From the IMG/VR virus record IMGVR_UViG_3300045988_049511, positions 1-35,763 of that record: 35,763 nucleotides of DNA. One strand, written 5' to 3'. The stretch's first letter is position 1. Each line of letters starts with the position of its first letter. This DNA is from a virus. The notes under the pieces are model-generated. The model saw nothing but the letters and a program-made list of their open reading frames with translations, did no database searches and had not been told where the DNA came from. The position numbers and the translations under genes were made by a program. Below are positions 6,515-15,438 of this stretch, piece after piece.

Positions 6515-6832
6515 ATGCCAAACAACGACACAAGTGGGACCCGGGTACAAGGTACCCAGCAGCTCACCGTACAGCCTACGAAACAGGCAGAGATCCGCTA
6601 CAGAAACATATCCAGGAGCATGATGCTCCGAGCAACAGAGACGGATCGTCCCTGCTCATTCCTTGTGACAATATTCGGTTCGCATTCTGACCGCAATCGG
6701 GCAGAAATGTCGCGAACATACGAAGAACGACATCCGCTGATGGCGATAGGCCGTGCCGTATGTCAGTTCAAGGAGGAGTACTTCGGATACCGAATTGACG
6801 GTATTATCGCAAAGATCAAAATCGTAAAGTGA
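6515..6832 (+). CDS. Hypothetical protein; the N-terminal part is doubtful (start may be internal, e.g. 6620 or 6707)
   Basis: The stop TGA overlaps the next ATG (TGATG at 6830-6834), which suggests the 3' part is translated. The 5' third is low-complexity and contains perfect palindromes. Confidence 0.35.
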   Translation: MPNNDTSGTRVQGTQQLTVQPTKQAEIRYRNISRSMMLRATETDRPCSFLVTIFGSHSDRNRAEMSRTYEERHPLMAIGRAVCQFKEEYFGYRIDGIIAKIKIVK

Positions 6833-6963
6833 TGGCACACCTTGTAACCTTGCTGCTGTGGCTGGGAGCCATTGCAGTAGTATTCGGTATCGTATACTTC
6901 GACAAGCGCATCTACAACGCCGTGGATGACATTCTCAATAGATTATTTGAACAATTTGACTAA
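6832..6963 (+). CDS. Small single-TM protein (43 aa), below the ORF-track cutoff
   Basis: Hand translation: MAHLVTLLLWLGAIAVVFGIVYFDKRIYNAVDDILNRLFEQFD. It fills the gap exactly up to the next gene. Confidence 0.5.
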   Translation: MAHLVTLLLWLGAIAVVFGIVYFDKRIYNAVDDILNRLFEQFD

Positions 6964-6965
6964 TC

Positions 6966-7418
6966 ATGAACACACAGAAAGTCATGCCCATAATCACTAT
7001 CAACGGTGTCGAATACGGCATCTACCGCAGTGAGTTCATCAAGGGACAGCGTAGCGTGTTGCGGCAGACGGCGGAATTTTGCCTGAAAGACAAATCGCTA
7101 CTTGAGTTCTGGCGCAGCGCCGTGAAGGCCATATCCGGCAAGCCGGACTGCGACCAGGATGGGGTGATATACACCAGCGAGGAAATGGACGTGTTCCTCG
7201 GTCCCTGGTCGATCGACATCCGCCACGACTACAAGTGGACCGAAAAGCCTGGCGGAGATACCTATATGGGAATATCTGAGCCTTATGCCGAGTTGCAGAA
7301 TAGCTTCGAGGTTGTCGGGGCATATGACGTGGACAACGACGAGAGCCTGCCCGGCATCGTCTATGTGCTGAACGCCTACTACAAGAATCACCAACAAGAA
7401 ATATTCAAAATTCAATAA
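6966..7418 (+). CDS. Hypothetical early protein (150 aa)
   Basis: Clean ORF with protein-like composition. No motif recognised. Confidence 0.7.
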   Translation: MNTQKVMPIITINGVEYGIYRSEFIKGQRSVLRQTAEFCLKDKSLLEFWRSAVKAISGKPDCDQDGVIYTSEEMDVFLGPWSIDIRHDYKWTEKPGGDTYMGISEPYAELQNSFEVVGAYDVDNDESLPGIVYVLNAYYKNHQQEIFKIQ

Positions 7419-7436
7419 CCATAAAATCACACGACT

Positions 7437-7847
7437 ATGGAAAACACTAACATGAACGCCGTAGCAACGGTAGACTTCCGCAACCTTCCCGACCTCTCGA
7501 AAGCCGAGGCCGAACCTATCGAAATGTCGGGCGAATACTGGACGCCCGAGAAGGAGGGCGAGACCCGCCGCCTGTTCTTCGTGGGTTTGAACATGGAGAA
7601 CGTAGTCGAAATGGAGACAGGAGAAACCCGCGAACTGCTGGTAGCTCAGTTTGCCGAGCATGTCAACGGGGATCTTCGCGCCGTTCGCAACGGATCGCGC
7701 CGCCTGGTGGGTATCTTCGAGTCGTTCCAGGCATCGATCAAACCGGGCGATGCATTCGAGATCACCTACCTGGGCAAGAAGAAGAACTCGACGAACAGCT
7801 ACAAGTCTGACAACTGGAGCGTCAAGCGGCTTGTCATCAAGAAATAG
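7437..7847 (+). CDS. Hypothetical protein upstream of the exonuclease (possible recombination partner, unproven)
   Basis: 136 aa, tightly linked to the next gene (2-nt gap). No motif recognised. Confidence 0.7.
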   Translation: MENTNMNAVATVDFRNLPDLSKAEAEPIEMSGEYWTPEKEGETRRLFFVGLNMENVVEMETGETRELLVAQFAEHVNGDLRAVRNGSRRLVGIFESFQASIKPGDAFEITYLGKKKNSTNSYKSDNWSVKRLVIKK

Positions 7848-7849
7848 CC

Positions 7850-9619
7850 ATGGAGGTAGGGTTTCAGACATACGATCTTTCCGAGGCGACTGTAACGGGC
7901 GGTGAACTTTGCCCGTTGCAGTTCGACCGGACGGAGTACACGCCCTTTGAGGAGTTCATCCACCGCCTCGACAACCTCCCCGAGAAACCGAGCCGCGTAT
8001 ACAACTATGCGCTGGCGGTGAACGGCCGGGTGGCGAACGACTGGATGGATACATATCTCAAAGCGCCCGGTGAAAGCTCCTCGCTGCTGAAAGAGGCGTT
8101 GAAATCCCCGCGTCACTATCTGATCGCCCGCAATGAGGAGATCGCTCGGCCAGACGGCAAGCACTTCGAACTGGGGACATTCGCACATGAGGCGATCCTC
8201 GAACCCAGGCGTTTCGAGCAGGTCGTGGTGAAACCCAAGGCCGACCGGGGAACCATCCGAGGTTGTGTCGATCTGATCCGATTCTATACGGATCTACTGA
8301 ATGAGCCCCAGGTGGATATAGACCCGTCGTGGAAACTTCCGACGTTGAAGGCTATGGCCTCGGACAAGGAGGAGCAATGTCAAAAGGCCGGGTACACGTT
8401 GATCGACCGCACGTATCACGACATCATTCGGGCCATGAAGGTTTCTTTCAACACCTACGGAGGCGGCATCCTTCCGCGCATCATGCCCTATGTGAAGACC
8501 GAGACCTCGATGTACGGACGCGATGCGTCGACGGGACTCAAAGTGAAGATCCGCCCCGACGGGATGCTCCTGGAAGAGAACTTCGGCGTGAATGCTATTC
8601 TGTCGGTGAAGACCACCAACGCGACATCCGTCGAGGCGTTCATGCGCGACTGCGCAAAGTACCGCTACGAACTGGCCGAGGGCATGTATTTGAAGGTCGC
8701 CAGCGAGATCACGGGCCGCGAGTTCACGGCGACGTTGATGGTCATGGCGCAGACGGTGCTTCCGTTCCAGGTGGCGGTGTTCTACTGGGACGCCGAGGAT
8801 CTGCAGGTCGGAAAGTACAAGTACGCGCAGGCCCTCGATATCGTGAAGCAATGCCAGGATGCCGACACATGGCCGGGGTTCGACGCCAAGGCCGAGGAGG
8901 GAGCGCACGGGATCATCCAGTGCAAGCTACCCGACTACATCAAGAAGGAGCTGCTTCCGCAATATCTTTCCGAAAACCACAACAAACCACAACAAACCAC
9001 AACAAACCACAACATCATGATCGATCTAAAGAATTATGTTCCGGAACATCCGGAATTCAAGCTGCCGAAAAACGTATCGTTCCCGAAGGTGATCTTTGAG
9101 GGTGCCACGAATATGGACGAGATCCGCAAGCATCTGTCCGGGAAATTCATCGCCGAAAGCATGCCGAGTGCCAAGGCTGTCCGCCTGCTGGATGCTTACG
9201 AACGGGCTTCGATCCGGGCCAACTACGCCGAGCTGATGGAGGACGAGCAGCCGAAACTGGAAGATGCTCTGGCGGAAGTGGAAGCACAGTGCAAGACCAT
9301 CATCAAGGAGGCGAAGGACAAGTTGCAGGCCGTCATGACGCAGATCCGGGATCTGGTATATCAGGTGAAGAGGGGCGAGAAGGAGGTGGATCTTCCAGGG
9401 GAGTCAACGGTTCGCATGGCCCTGTGCGGCCACTACCTGTATTACGCCTGGATAGACGGGAAATTCCAGTTGTGCCGGGTTGACAAGATTCCGTCGTGGG
9501 ACGAGCAGAGTCTCTTCGCCAATCTCGAGACCAACAAGCAGGCATTCCTCGAAGTGCTGGGTATCGACATGAACGAGACGTATGAGCAGGCTTCAGCACC
9601 GTCCGGGACGGAAGAGTAA
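7850..9619 (+). CDS. PD-(D/E)XK RecE/exonuclease VIII-like nuclease domain fused to a C-terminal coiled-coil domain
   Basis: GTFAHEAILEP, KIRPDGM, LSVKTT and KYRYELAEGMY resemble the DUF3799/RecE-like PDDEXK motif series. The C-terminal ~190 aa is a separate coiled-coil-rich domain, joined to the nuclease domain through the 10-bp repeat linker. Confidence 0.75.
   Translation: MEVGFQTYDLSEATVTGGELCPLQFDRTEYTPFEEFIHRLDNLPEKPSRVYNYALAVNGRVANDWMDTYLKAPGESSSLLKEALKSPRHYLIARNEEIARPDGKHFELGTFAHEAILEPRRFEQVVVKPKADRGTIRGCVDLIRFYTDLLNEPQVDIDPSWKLPTLKAMASDKEEQCQKAGYTLIDRTYHDIIRAMKVSFNTYGGGILPRIMPYVKTETSMYGRDASTGLKVKIRPDGMLLEENFGVNAILSVKTTNATSVEAFMRDCAKYRYELAEGMYLKVASEITGREFTATLMVMAQTVLPFQVAVFYWDAEDLQVGKYKYAQALDIVKQCQDADTWPGFDAKAEEGAHGIIQCKLPDYIKKELLPQYLSENHNKPQQTTTNHNIMIDLKNYVPEHPEFKLPKNVSFPKVIFEGATNMDEIRKHLSGKFIAESMPSAKAVRLLDAYERASIRANYAELMEDEQPKLEDALAEVEAQCKTIIKEAKDKLQAVMTQIRDLVYQVKRGEKEVDLPGESTVRMALCGHYLYYAWIDGKFQLCRVDKIPSWDEQSLFANLETNKQAFLEVLGIDMNETYEQASAPSGTEE
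8975..9014. repeat. Perfect tandem repeat AACCACAACA x4 inside the exonuclease ORF
   Basis: Counted directly: four identical 10-bp units, followed by TC and ATG at 9017. Confidence 0.95.
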
Positions 9620-9845
9620 CTATGTGAAGAAGCTGCAGAGCAAGGAATGGCAGGAGGTGTGCCGTCGGGTGAGACTACGCGACGGCCACCGCTGTCAGAT
9701 CTGCGGCAGGAACTATTCGTTGGAGGTCCATCACACGACATACTACGACGACAAGGGTGTGTCGATAGTAGGTCGCGAGGCGGACTTCTTGGATAAACTG
9801 ATCACTCTTTGCGAAGAGTGTCACCGAAAAGTACATCGAAAATGA
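9582..9845 (+). CDS. HNH endonuclease
   Basis: CQICG...LEVHHTTYY...LCEECHRKVH is a CxxC...HH...CxxCH HNH zinc-finger pattern. The start may instead be GTG 9624, just after the upstream stop. Confidence 0.85.
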   Translation: MSRLQHRPGRKSNYVKKLQSKEWQEVCRRVRLRDGHRCQICGRNYSLEVHHTTYYDDKGVSIVGREADFLDKLITLCEECHRKVHRK

Positions 9846-9846
9846 C

Positions 9847-10749
9847 ATGGCAAGACCCAACAAGACAGGATTAGACTATTTCCCGTTGGATGTTGACTTC
9901 TTTGCCGATGAAAAGATCGCAGCCATATCCGGAGAATTTGGGATCAAGGGCGAAATCACGGTCATCAAGCTGCTTTGTGCGGTATACCGGAACGGATACT
10001 TCATACTGTGGAATGAGCCGCTGAAATACAAACTGCTCCGTGATCTCCCGGGTGTGAGTCCTGAATTGATCGACCAAATAGTAAACCGCTTGGTCAGGTG
10101 GGGATTCTTCGACGAATCCCTGTTTGACTCGGTGAAGGTTCTGACGAGTCGAGGCATTCAGAAGCGATTCTTCTCCATAACCCGCAGACGCGGATTACCG
10201 CATGACGCAAAGTATCTGTTAGCAGAAAATGGGTGCACCGGAGTTATTGACGACAATAACCCATCCGCAGCGGAATTATTGTCGACAAAAACCCCACAAA
10301 GTAAAGTAAAGAAAAGAATATTATCTACTACTACAACAACGCGCGATGATCAGGTCGATCCCGAGGATTCCGCATATGACCTTTCGGCAACCCCCGAAAA
10401 AGGTTGCGCGGAAAAAGTACCCCCGCAGGTGCCGCCCGGGACGTTCGAATACATTCCTATCGACCAGGTGGCCGCGTGGATGAAGTCGCAGCAGCAATGG
10501 CTGGAGGCGTTTTGCATGAACAATCACATGGATCCGGAGGCCGTGAAGCGTCGCATCGACGAGTTCGTGGCACATTGCATCGACAATGGCGAGACGGACA
10601 AGGACAAGCGCGATTGCATGAGGCACTTCAACAACTGGATGCGCAAACGGCGGGATCAACCCGGGGCATCGACCCGAACGCGTTCGAGATCCACGGCTCA
10701 GCATCCGGCGACACACTTTGACAACAACCAACACTTCGAAGATTTTTAA
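9847..10749 (+). CDS. Replication initiation / replisome organizer (DUF4373, Lin1244-like N-terminal domain)
   Basis: The N-terminus GLDYFPLDVDFFADEKIAAISGEFGIKGEITVIKLLCAVYRNGYF is the pattern I recognise from DUF4373 phage replication proteins. It is followed by the helicase loader gene. Confidence 0.75.
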   Translation: MARPNKTGLDYFPLDVDFFADEKIAAISGEFGIKGEITVIKLLCAVYRNGYFILWNEPLKYKLLRDLPGVSPELIDQIVNRLVRWGFFDESLFDSVKVLTSRGIQKRFFSITRRRGLPHDAKYLLAENGCTGVIDDNNPSAAELLSTKTPQSKVKKRILSTTTTTRDDQVDPEDSAYDLSATPEKGCAEKVPPQVPPGTFEYIPIDQVAAWMKSQQQWLEAFCMNNHMDPEAVKRRIDEFVAHCIDNGETDKDKRDCMRHFNNWMRKRRDQPGASTRTRSRSTAQHPATHFDNNQHFEDF

Positions 10750-10752
10750 CCT

Positions 10753-11340
10753 ATGGACTACGCAGAAGTATTACGGCAGCTCCGGGTGGAAGGGAATCCG
10801 ACACCGTCGAAGCGGATGCGGATCGCGATCCCGAATGCCCGCGAGGAGCTGCAGAAGGCAATGACGGCCGTGATGTCGTCGATGGGCGAGAGGCTTGTGT
10901 GGCTCCCGGAGTACGACCGGGTCGCCGAGTGGCTTTCGGACAACCACGGCAAAGGGCTGCTGCTCTTCGGAAACTGCGGGCGCGGGAAGTCGCTGTTGGT
11001 GAGATACGCGATTCCGATGCTGATTCGGGCTTTCTGCCAGCGTATCGTCTCGGTGGTGGACTGCGGTAGCCAACAGGGTAATATAGACGAAATTTTGCGG
11101 CGCAAAATGATTTCTCTGGACGATATCGGCGTGGAGGTGGACCGCATGGACTACGGAACGCGCCGAAATATCGTCGTCGAGGCGATCAACAAGGCGCAGG
11201 ACAACCCCGACACGATGCTGATCATGTCGTCGAATCTCTCGGGCGATGCGATCCGCGACCGATACGGCGACCGGATATATGACCGGGTGATGTACCTCTG
11301 CCACCGCATAGCGTTCAACGGAGAAAGTTTGAGAAAATGA
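10753..11340 (+). CDS. DnaC/IstB-like AAA+ helicase loader
   Basis: Walker A is LLLFGNCGRGKSLL. A Walker B-like MISLDDIG follows. The gene sits after the replisome organizer. Confidence 0.8.
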   Translation: MDYAEVLRQLRVEGNPTPSKRMRIAIPNAREELQKAMTAVMSSMGERLVWLPEYDRVAEWLSDNHGKGLLLFGNCGRGKSLLVRYAIPMLIRAFCQRIVSVVDCGSQQGNIDEILRRKMISLDDIGVEVDRMDYGTRRNIVVEAINKAQDNPDTMLIMSSNLSGDAIRDRYGDRIYDRVMYLCHRIAFNGESLRK

Positions 11341-11693
11341 GACACATCGAATCGAATATTCAGAAGTCGTTCGTCACGTGGTTCCGGCTGCAGTTCCCGG
11401 AATATGCGCTGAACCTGACGAGCGTCCCCAACGGCGGCCTTCGCGGTAAACGTGAAGCCGGAATACTCAAAGCCGAAGGAATGACGGCCGGAGCTGCCGA
11501 TCTCCTGCTCCTGGTTCCGAGGGGCGGATATGGTGCCCTGGGCATCGAGTTCAAGACTACGGAGAAGAGCAGCCGCCAAAGCCCGGCGCAGAAGCGTTGG
11601 CAGGAGGCGTTCGAGAAGGCCGGGAACAAATACGCCATTGCGCGGACCTTTGACGAGGCCGTGGAGGTGGTGAAAAACTATCTGCAGGTATGA
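11337..11693 (+). CDS. VRR-NUC domain nuclease
   Basis: GAADLLLLVP...GIEFKT...SPAQKRWQE matches the VRR-NUC D...ExK...Q..W pattern. ATGA overlap with the upstream gene. Confidence 0.8.
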   Translation: MRHIESNIQKSFVTWFRLQFPEYALNLTSVPNGGLRGKREAGILKAEGMTAGAADLLLLVPRGGYGALGIEFKTTEKSSRQSPAQKRWQEAFEKAGNKYAIARTFDEAVEVVKNYLQV

Positions 11694-12517
11694 GCGATCT
11701 CGATAGGAAAATCAAACAGAGCATCCGACTACTCCAACACTTAGGAGATACGGAGGTCGAGTTGAGCTATTCGGGAGGGAAGGACAGCGATGTTATCCTT
11801 GCGCTGGCTAAGATGGCCGGGATCAACTATCGGGCCATTTACAAGAACACGACTATCGACCCTCCCGGAACCGTAGCCCACTGCAAGGATAACGGCGTGG
11901 AAATAGTGAAGCCAGTTCATACTTTTTTCGAATTGATTCAGCGCAAAGGATTCCCTACCCGTCGTGCTCGGTTCTGCTGCGATAAGTTAAAGGAATACAA
12001 GATACTCGACAACTCTATTCAAGGCATAAGAAGGTCAGAAAGTACCAAGCGGGCGGAGTTATATAAAGAGCCGATAATGTGTCGCATCTATGGGTCGAAG
12101 AAAAACCACGTCAATGTGTTTCTTCCTATCCTGGAATGGACTGACGAAGATGTTAAAAACTTCATAACTCACTACGGCATCAAGTGTCACCCGCTATACT
12201 ACGATGAGAACGGCAAGTTTTGCGTAAACAGACGGCTCGGGTGTATGGGGTGCCCTCTTGCATCCGATAACGGGCTCTCTGACTTCAGAAAATATCCTAA
12301 ACTCGTTCGTCAATGGATTAGAAATGGGATAATATGGTGGAATAGAGAAAGAGAAGGAGAGCTTAAAAGTAAAAAAAAATTTTCCAACATATACGAACTG
12401 TTTATGCAGAATGTGTTCTTCGACAGCTACCAGGAGTTCGCATTGGCCCGAGACGGGATGTTCGGGCGCATGAACTGCAAAGAAAGGCTGGAGGATTATT
12501 TTGGAATTGAGCTATGA
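11690..12517 (+). CDS. PAPS reductase / PP-loop ATPase family protein
   Basis: The SYSGGKDS PP-loop motif lies near the N-terminus. Downstream cysteines are CCDKLKE and CMGCP. The gene looks AT-richer than its neighbours by eye. Confidence 0.8.
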   Translation: MSDLDRKIKQSIRLLQHLGDTEVELSYSGGKDSDVILALAKMAGINYRAIYKNTTIDPPGTVAHCKDNGVEIVKPVHTFFELIQRKGFPTRRARFCCDKLKEYKILDNSIQGIRRSESTKRAELYKEPIMCRIYGSKKNHVNVFLPILEWTDEDVKNFITHYGIKCHPLYYDENGKFCVNRRLGCMGCPLASDNGLSDFRKYPKLVRQWIRNGIIWWNREREGELKSKKKFSNIYELFMQNVFFDSYQEFALARDGMFGRMNCKERLEDYFGIEL

Positions 12518-12696
12518 CCCCCAAAGAGTTTTTCGACAAGGTTTCCCGGATGCGCAAGGCGCAGAAGGAGTATTTCCGAACGCGTTCCGGCCGGGCACTC
12601 TCCGACAGCAAACGGCTGGAGCAGGAGATCGACGCCGAGATCGAGCGCGTCAACAAAGTGATGGAAGAGAAGCAGAACCCCAAAATGGAATTTTGA
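12514..12696 (+). CDS. Small hypothetical coiled-coil protein
   Basis: 60 aa with an ATGA overlap with the previous gene. Charged helical composition. Confidence 0.65.
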   Translation: MTPKEFFDKVSRMRKAQKEYFRTRSGRALSDSKRLEQEIDAEIERVNKVMEEKQNPKMEF

Positions 12697-12698
12697 CA

Positions 12699-13259
12699 AT
12701 GAAAAAAATCATGTTCAACGACCGATACGGTCTGACGCAGGCGGTGCTGGATAGCCGCAAGACTATGACAAGACGACAAGTTCCAGCGAATTGGCGGTTA
12801 GGCAAATCAAGGTACTATATCGGCGAGGTTGTGGCTGTTGCGCAGAGCTACAAGGATGCGGGCGTAAACCCCGATTCTATTGTGTCGTACAAGGATGACG
12901 GAACGCCCGTTACGGCTATTCATTCGCCCGGCTGGACAAACAAGATGTTCACCCGGGCCGACCTTATGCCTCACCGGATCCGAATCACCGGCATCCGGAT
13001 TGAGCGGTTGCAGGAGATAACCGACGAAAGTTGCTTGCGGGAGGGAATAAGATACGAAAAGGAGTTGGCCACATCTCGGCCATACGGTTGTTCCAACGAA
13101 TACGGAGCGTTTGTAGAACTTGGCAGCACTCCCCGCGAAGCCTTCGCTGCGCTGATCGACAAGGTTTCGGGCCGTGGAACATGGGAATCGAACCACTACG
13201 TCGTGGTCTATCAATTCGAATTGGTAAAATATCGAGATTCTCGCAAAACCTCGAAATAA
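12699..13259 (+). CDS. Hypothetical protein, ASCH-like N-terminus (weak)
   Basis: Starts MKKIMFNDRYGLTQAVLDSRKTMTRR, 2 nt after the preceding stop. The longer 12501 ORF overlaps two better genes. Confidence 0.65.
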   Translation: MKKIMFNDRYGLTQAVLDSRKTMTRRQVPANWRLGKSRYYIGEVVAVAQSYKDAGVNPDSIVSYKDDGTPVTAIHSPGWTNKMFTRADLMPHRIRITGIRIERLQEITDESCLREGIRYEKELATSRPYGCSNEYGAFVELGSTPREAFAALIDKVSGRGTWESNHYVVVYQFELVKYRDSRKTSK

Positions 13260-13270
13260 TTAGAAATACT

Positions 13271-13456
13271 ATGGCATTCTACATCGCCGAAAATATGCCT
13301 CACGCACATAGCGTATGCGTGCACGTTTACCAAAATGACCGGGAGTATATGGGCAACGTTGTTGTGTCAGAAAGCGAGTGGCAATCAATGAGTGAGGCAG
13401 AACGAGAAGATTTTCTTACAAAGTATTTAGGTAATAGAATATCAAAAGACCTATGA
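13271..13456 (+). CDS. Small hypothetical protein (61 aa)
   Basis: This is an internal ATG of the 13031 ORF, located just after the upstream stop. Its stop overlaps the next start. Confidence 0.55.
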   Translation: MAFYIAENMPHAHSVCVHVYQNDREYMGNVVVSESEWQSMSEAEREDFLTKYLGNRISKDL

Positions 13457-13785
13457 AAACGATCGAAGAAAGAGCCGAAGAGTACGCAAGCCAGTATTGC
13501 GATAGTGACTGCGCATTGTGCGATGATATTTGTGGAAGATTAAGAAGCGGAAGGTCGTTTATCGCCGCAGCCGAGTCGGAGCGCGAAGAACTTACCCGCT
13601 GGCTCGATCCGAATGTGGAGTTGCCGGAAACGGACGTCGAGGTGCTGGTCATGGTTCACGCGGACGGGCACACCTACGACGTGATGCGATACGACAAGTG
13701 CGGATGGTGGCAGAAGGCCCCGGGCGGCGGATGGTGTGCTCCAAACAACGCGCCGATCGGATGGCGGTATATTCACGAACTATAA
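13453..13785 (+). CDS. DUF551-like phage protein
   Basis: The C-terminal WLDPNVELPETDVEVLVMV...GWWQ pattern resembles DUF551. Confidence 0.6.
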   Translation: MKTIEERAEEYASQYCDSDCALCDDICGRLRSGRSFIAAAESEREELTRWLDPNVELPETDVEVLVMVHADGHTYDVMRYDKCGWWQKAPGGGWCAPNNAPIGWRYIHEL

Positions 13786-13795
13786 CCGTAGACGT

Positions 13796-14305
13796 ATGAA
13801 AACATGCGACGAATGCGCAAATTATGAATGCGACAACTTCGATGGGGTAGGACGTTGTAGTATCGACAACGCTATGGTGCTGCACGATGATCCTGCCTGC
13901 AAAGAATTTCACGAACAGCCGGATGACGGCGAAAAAACAACTATGACACTGACAGAATATCAACGGCAGGCCATGACGACGTGCATGCCCACCTGCAACA
14001 ATTTTTCCTACATGATGCTGAACCTCGTGGGAGAGGTCGGCGAACTGGCCTCGAAGGTCGCAAAGGCGATCCGGAAAGGAGAGGCGACGATCTCCGACGA
14101 CCACATGCGGCATCCGTCCACCCGTCGAATCGACGACGAGCTGGAGGAGGCAATGATGCTGGAAGCTGGCGACGTATTGTGGCAACTTGCGGGCCTCTGC
14201 TCGACTATGGGCTGGGACTTGGAAGAGATCGCCCGCATGAACCTCGACAAGCTGGCCAGCAGGCAGCAGAGGGGCGTGATCGACGGGAACGGGGATAATC
14301 GGTAA
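13796..14305 (+). CDS. mazG: MazG-like nucleotide pyrophosphohydrolase with an N-terminal Cys-rich extension
   Basis: LNLVGEVGELASKVAKAIR...EAGDVLWQLAGLCSTMGWDLEEIARMNLDKLASR is the classical MazG helix pair. The N-terminus carries CDEC...C...C...C. Confidence 0.85.
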   Translation: MKTCDECANYECDNFDGVGRCSIDNAMVLHDDPACKEFHEQPDDGEKTTMTLTEYQRQAMTTCMPTCNNFSYMMLNLVGEVGELASKVAKAIRKGEATISDDHMRHPSTRRIDDELEEAMMLEAGDVLWQLAGLCSTMGWDLEEIARMNLDKLASRQQRGVIDGNGDNR

Positions 14306-14316
14306 AACGGGATGAT

Positions 14317-14526
14317 ATGTCGAAAGAATCAACCGAAAAATCAGATTTTATCACCGATGACGAACGCGAGATCCTCGACCTGCTGGCCGATGCTCACAAC
14401 AAGTTCGTCGCACTTGCCGACAAACATCCTACCGCAATGCAGGAATGGACGTTCTATATACACGGGCTTGAATCGCTGATCGAGCACCGTATATGCAAAA
14501 GAGTAGCGAAAGATATTTTCAGATAA
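14317..14526 (+). CDS. Small hypothetical protein
   Basis: 69 aa clean ORF with acidic helical composition. Confidence 0.6.
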   Translation: MSKESTEKSDFITDDEREILDLLADAHNKFVALADKHPTAMQEWTFYIHGLESLIEHRICKRVAKDIFR

Positions 14527-14535
14527 CAGACAGAC

Positions 14536-15081
14536 ATGAAACGCGAAATCAAATTCAGAGGAAAGCGACTCGACAACGGAGAGTTGGTGGTAGGTAGCCT
14601 ACTGCAAGACGACTATGGTACCTGCATGATCGTGGAGTTCGTAGATCACCATGAACAATGGCACGAAGTAGACCCGGGAACCATCGGCCAATTCACGGGG
14701 CTGAAAGACAAGGACGGGCGGGATATTTACGAGGGGGACATTATCGAATGCTTTTATATGAACCTTTCGTATCAACAGAAAGGTAATTATCCTCCACCAA
14801 ACATTGAAGTTGAAGAATATGAAGTAGTCAGAAATGTCGATGTAGTCAAGTTTGAGCATGGGTCATTTAATTTTTGTGGTCTTCCGATCGGATTTGATAA
14901 GCTGACGGGAGGAGAATGTGAACCTGATTACAATACGTTGAATGTTCGCCTTAAAAGTATCTGGGATAATAATATTGATAACATTCGCGAAGAATACCCA
15001 TATCTTACAGTAGAAAATTTCTACAATTACAATATCATCGGCAACATCCACGACAATCCGGAATTACTCGAAACAGAATAA
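14536..15081 (+). CDS. YopX family protein
   Basis: IKFRGKRLDNGELVVG...VDPGTIGQFTGLKDKDGRDIYEGDII is the YopX signature. Confidence 0.85.
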   Translation: MKREIKFRGKRLDNGELVVGSLLQDDYGTCMIVEFVDHHEQWHEVDPGTIGQFTGLKDKDGRDIYEGDIIECFYMNLSYQQKGNYPPPNIEVEEYEVVRNVDVVKFEHGSFNFCGLPIGFDKLTGGECEPDYNTLNVRLKSIWDNNIDNIREEYPYLTVENFYNYNIIGNIHDNPELLETE

Positions 15082-15150
15082 AAAAAGAGGCAACCCTGAA
15101 GGATCACCCCTGCCCAAAACAAAGATAGTGATTTATTTCGGGTTTGCAAC

Positions 15151-15438
15151 ATGACGAAGCGAGAACTTATCGACAACATTGCAAGGGACGGACTGGTCGA
15201 GCGGTTGGTGGCAAACGTCTGCCATCGCCGCCATCGCTCCCTCTCGGACCTCGTACAGATGGTCTACGAGGCCCTGCTCAACTACGACGAAGAGAAGCTG
15301 ATGCGCATCCATAGACGGGGTGCGCTCAACTTTTTTATTGTACGGATTATCGAGAATTTATATTTCTCACGGACGAGTCCCTATTATCGGCAGATTCGGA
15401 GATTCGCCCAGCATAGCGACATCTTGAAAGATGAATGA
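15151..15438 (+). CDS. Sigma-70/ECF-like region 2 domain protein (N-terminal half of a split sigma factor)
   Basis: LSDLVQMVYEALLNYDEEKL...GALNFFIVRIIENLYFSRTSPYYRQ resembles regions 2.1-2.4. The ORF ends in TGA within ATGAATGA. Confidence 0.65.
   Translation: MTKRELIDNIARDGLVERLVANVCHRRHRSLSDLVQMVYEALLNYDEEKLMRIHRRGALNFFIVRIIENLYFSRTSPYYRQIRRFAQHSDILKDE

Noticed and set aside
7098-7871. 257-aa minus-strand ORF
   Set aside because: It is antisense to two compact plus-strand genes, has no motifs and has shadow composition.
8975-9014. CRISPR-like array
   Set aside because: The repeats are contiguous 10-bp units without spacers, and no cas genes are present. It is a microsatellite-type tandem repeat.
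12501-13259. 252-aa long form of the ORF
   Set aside because: Its first 66 codons overlap the PAPS-reductase end and the 60-aa gene, which has an ATGA coupling. The protein-like sequence begins at ATG 12699.
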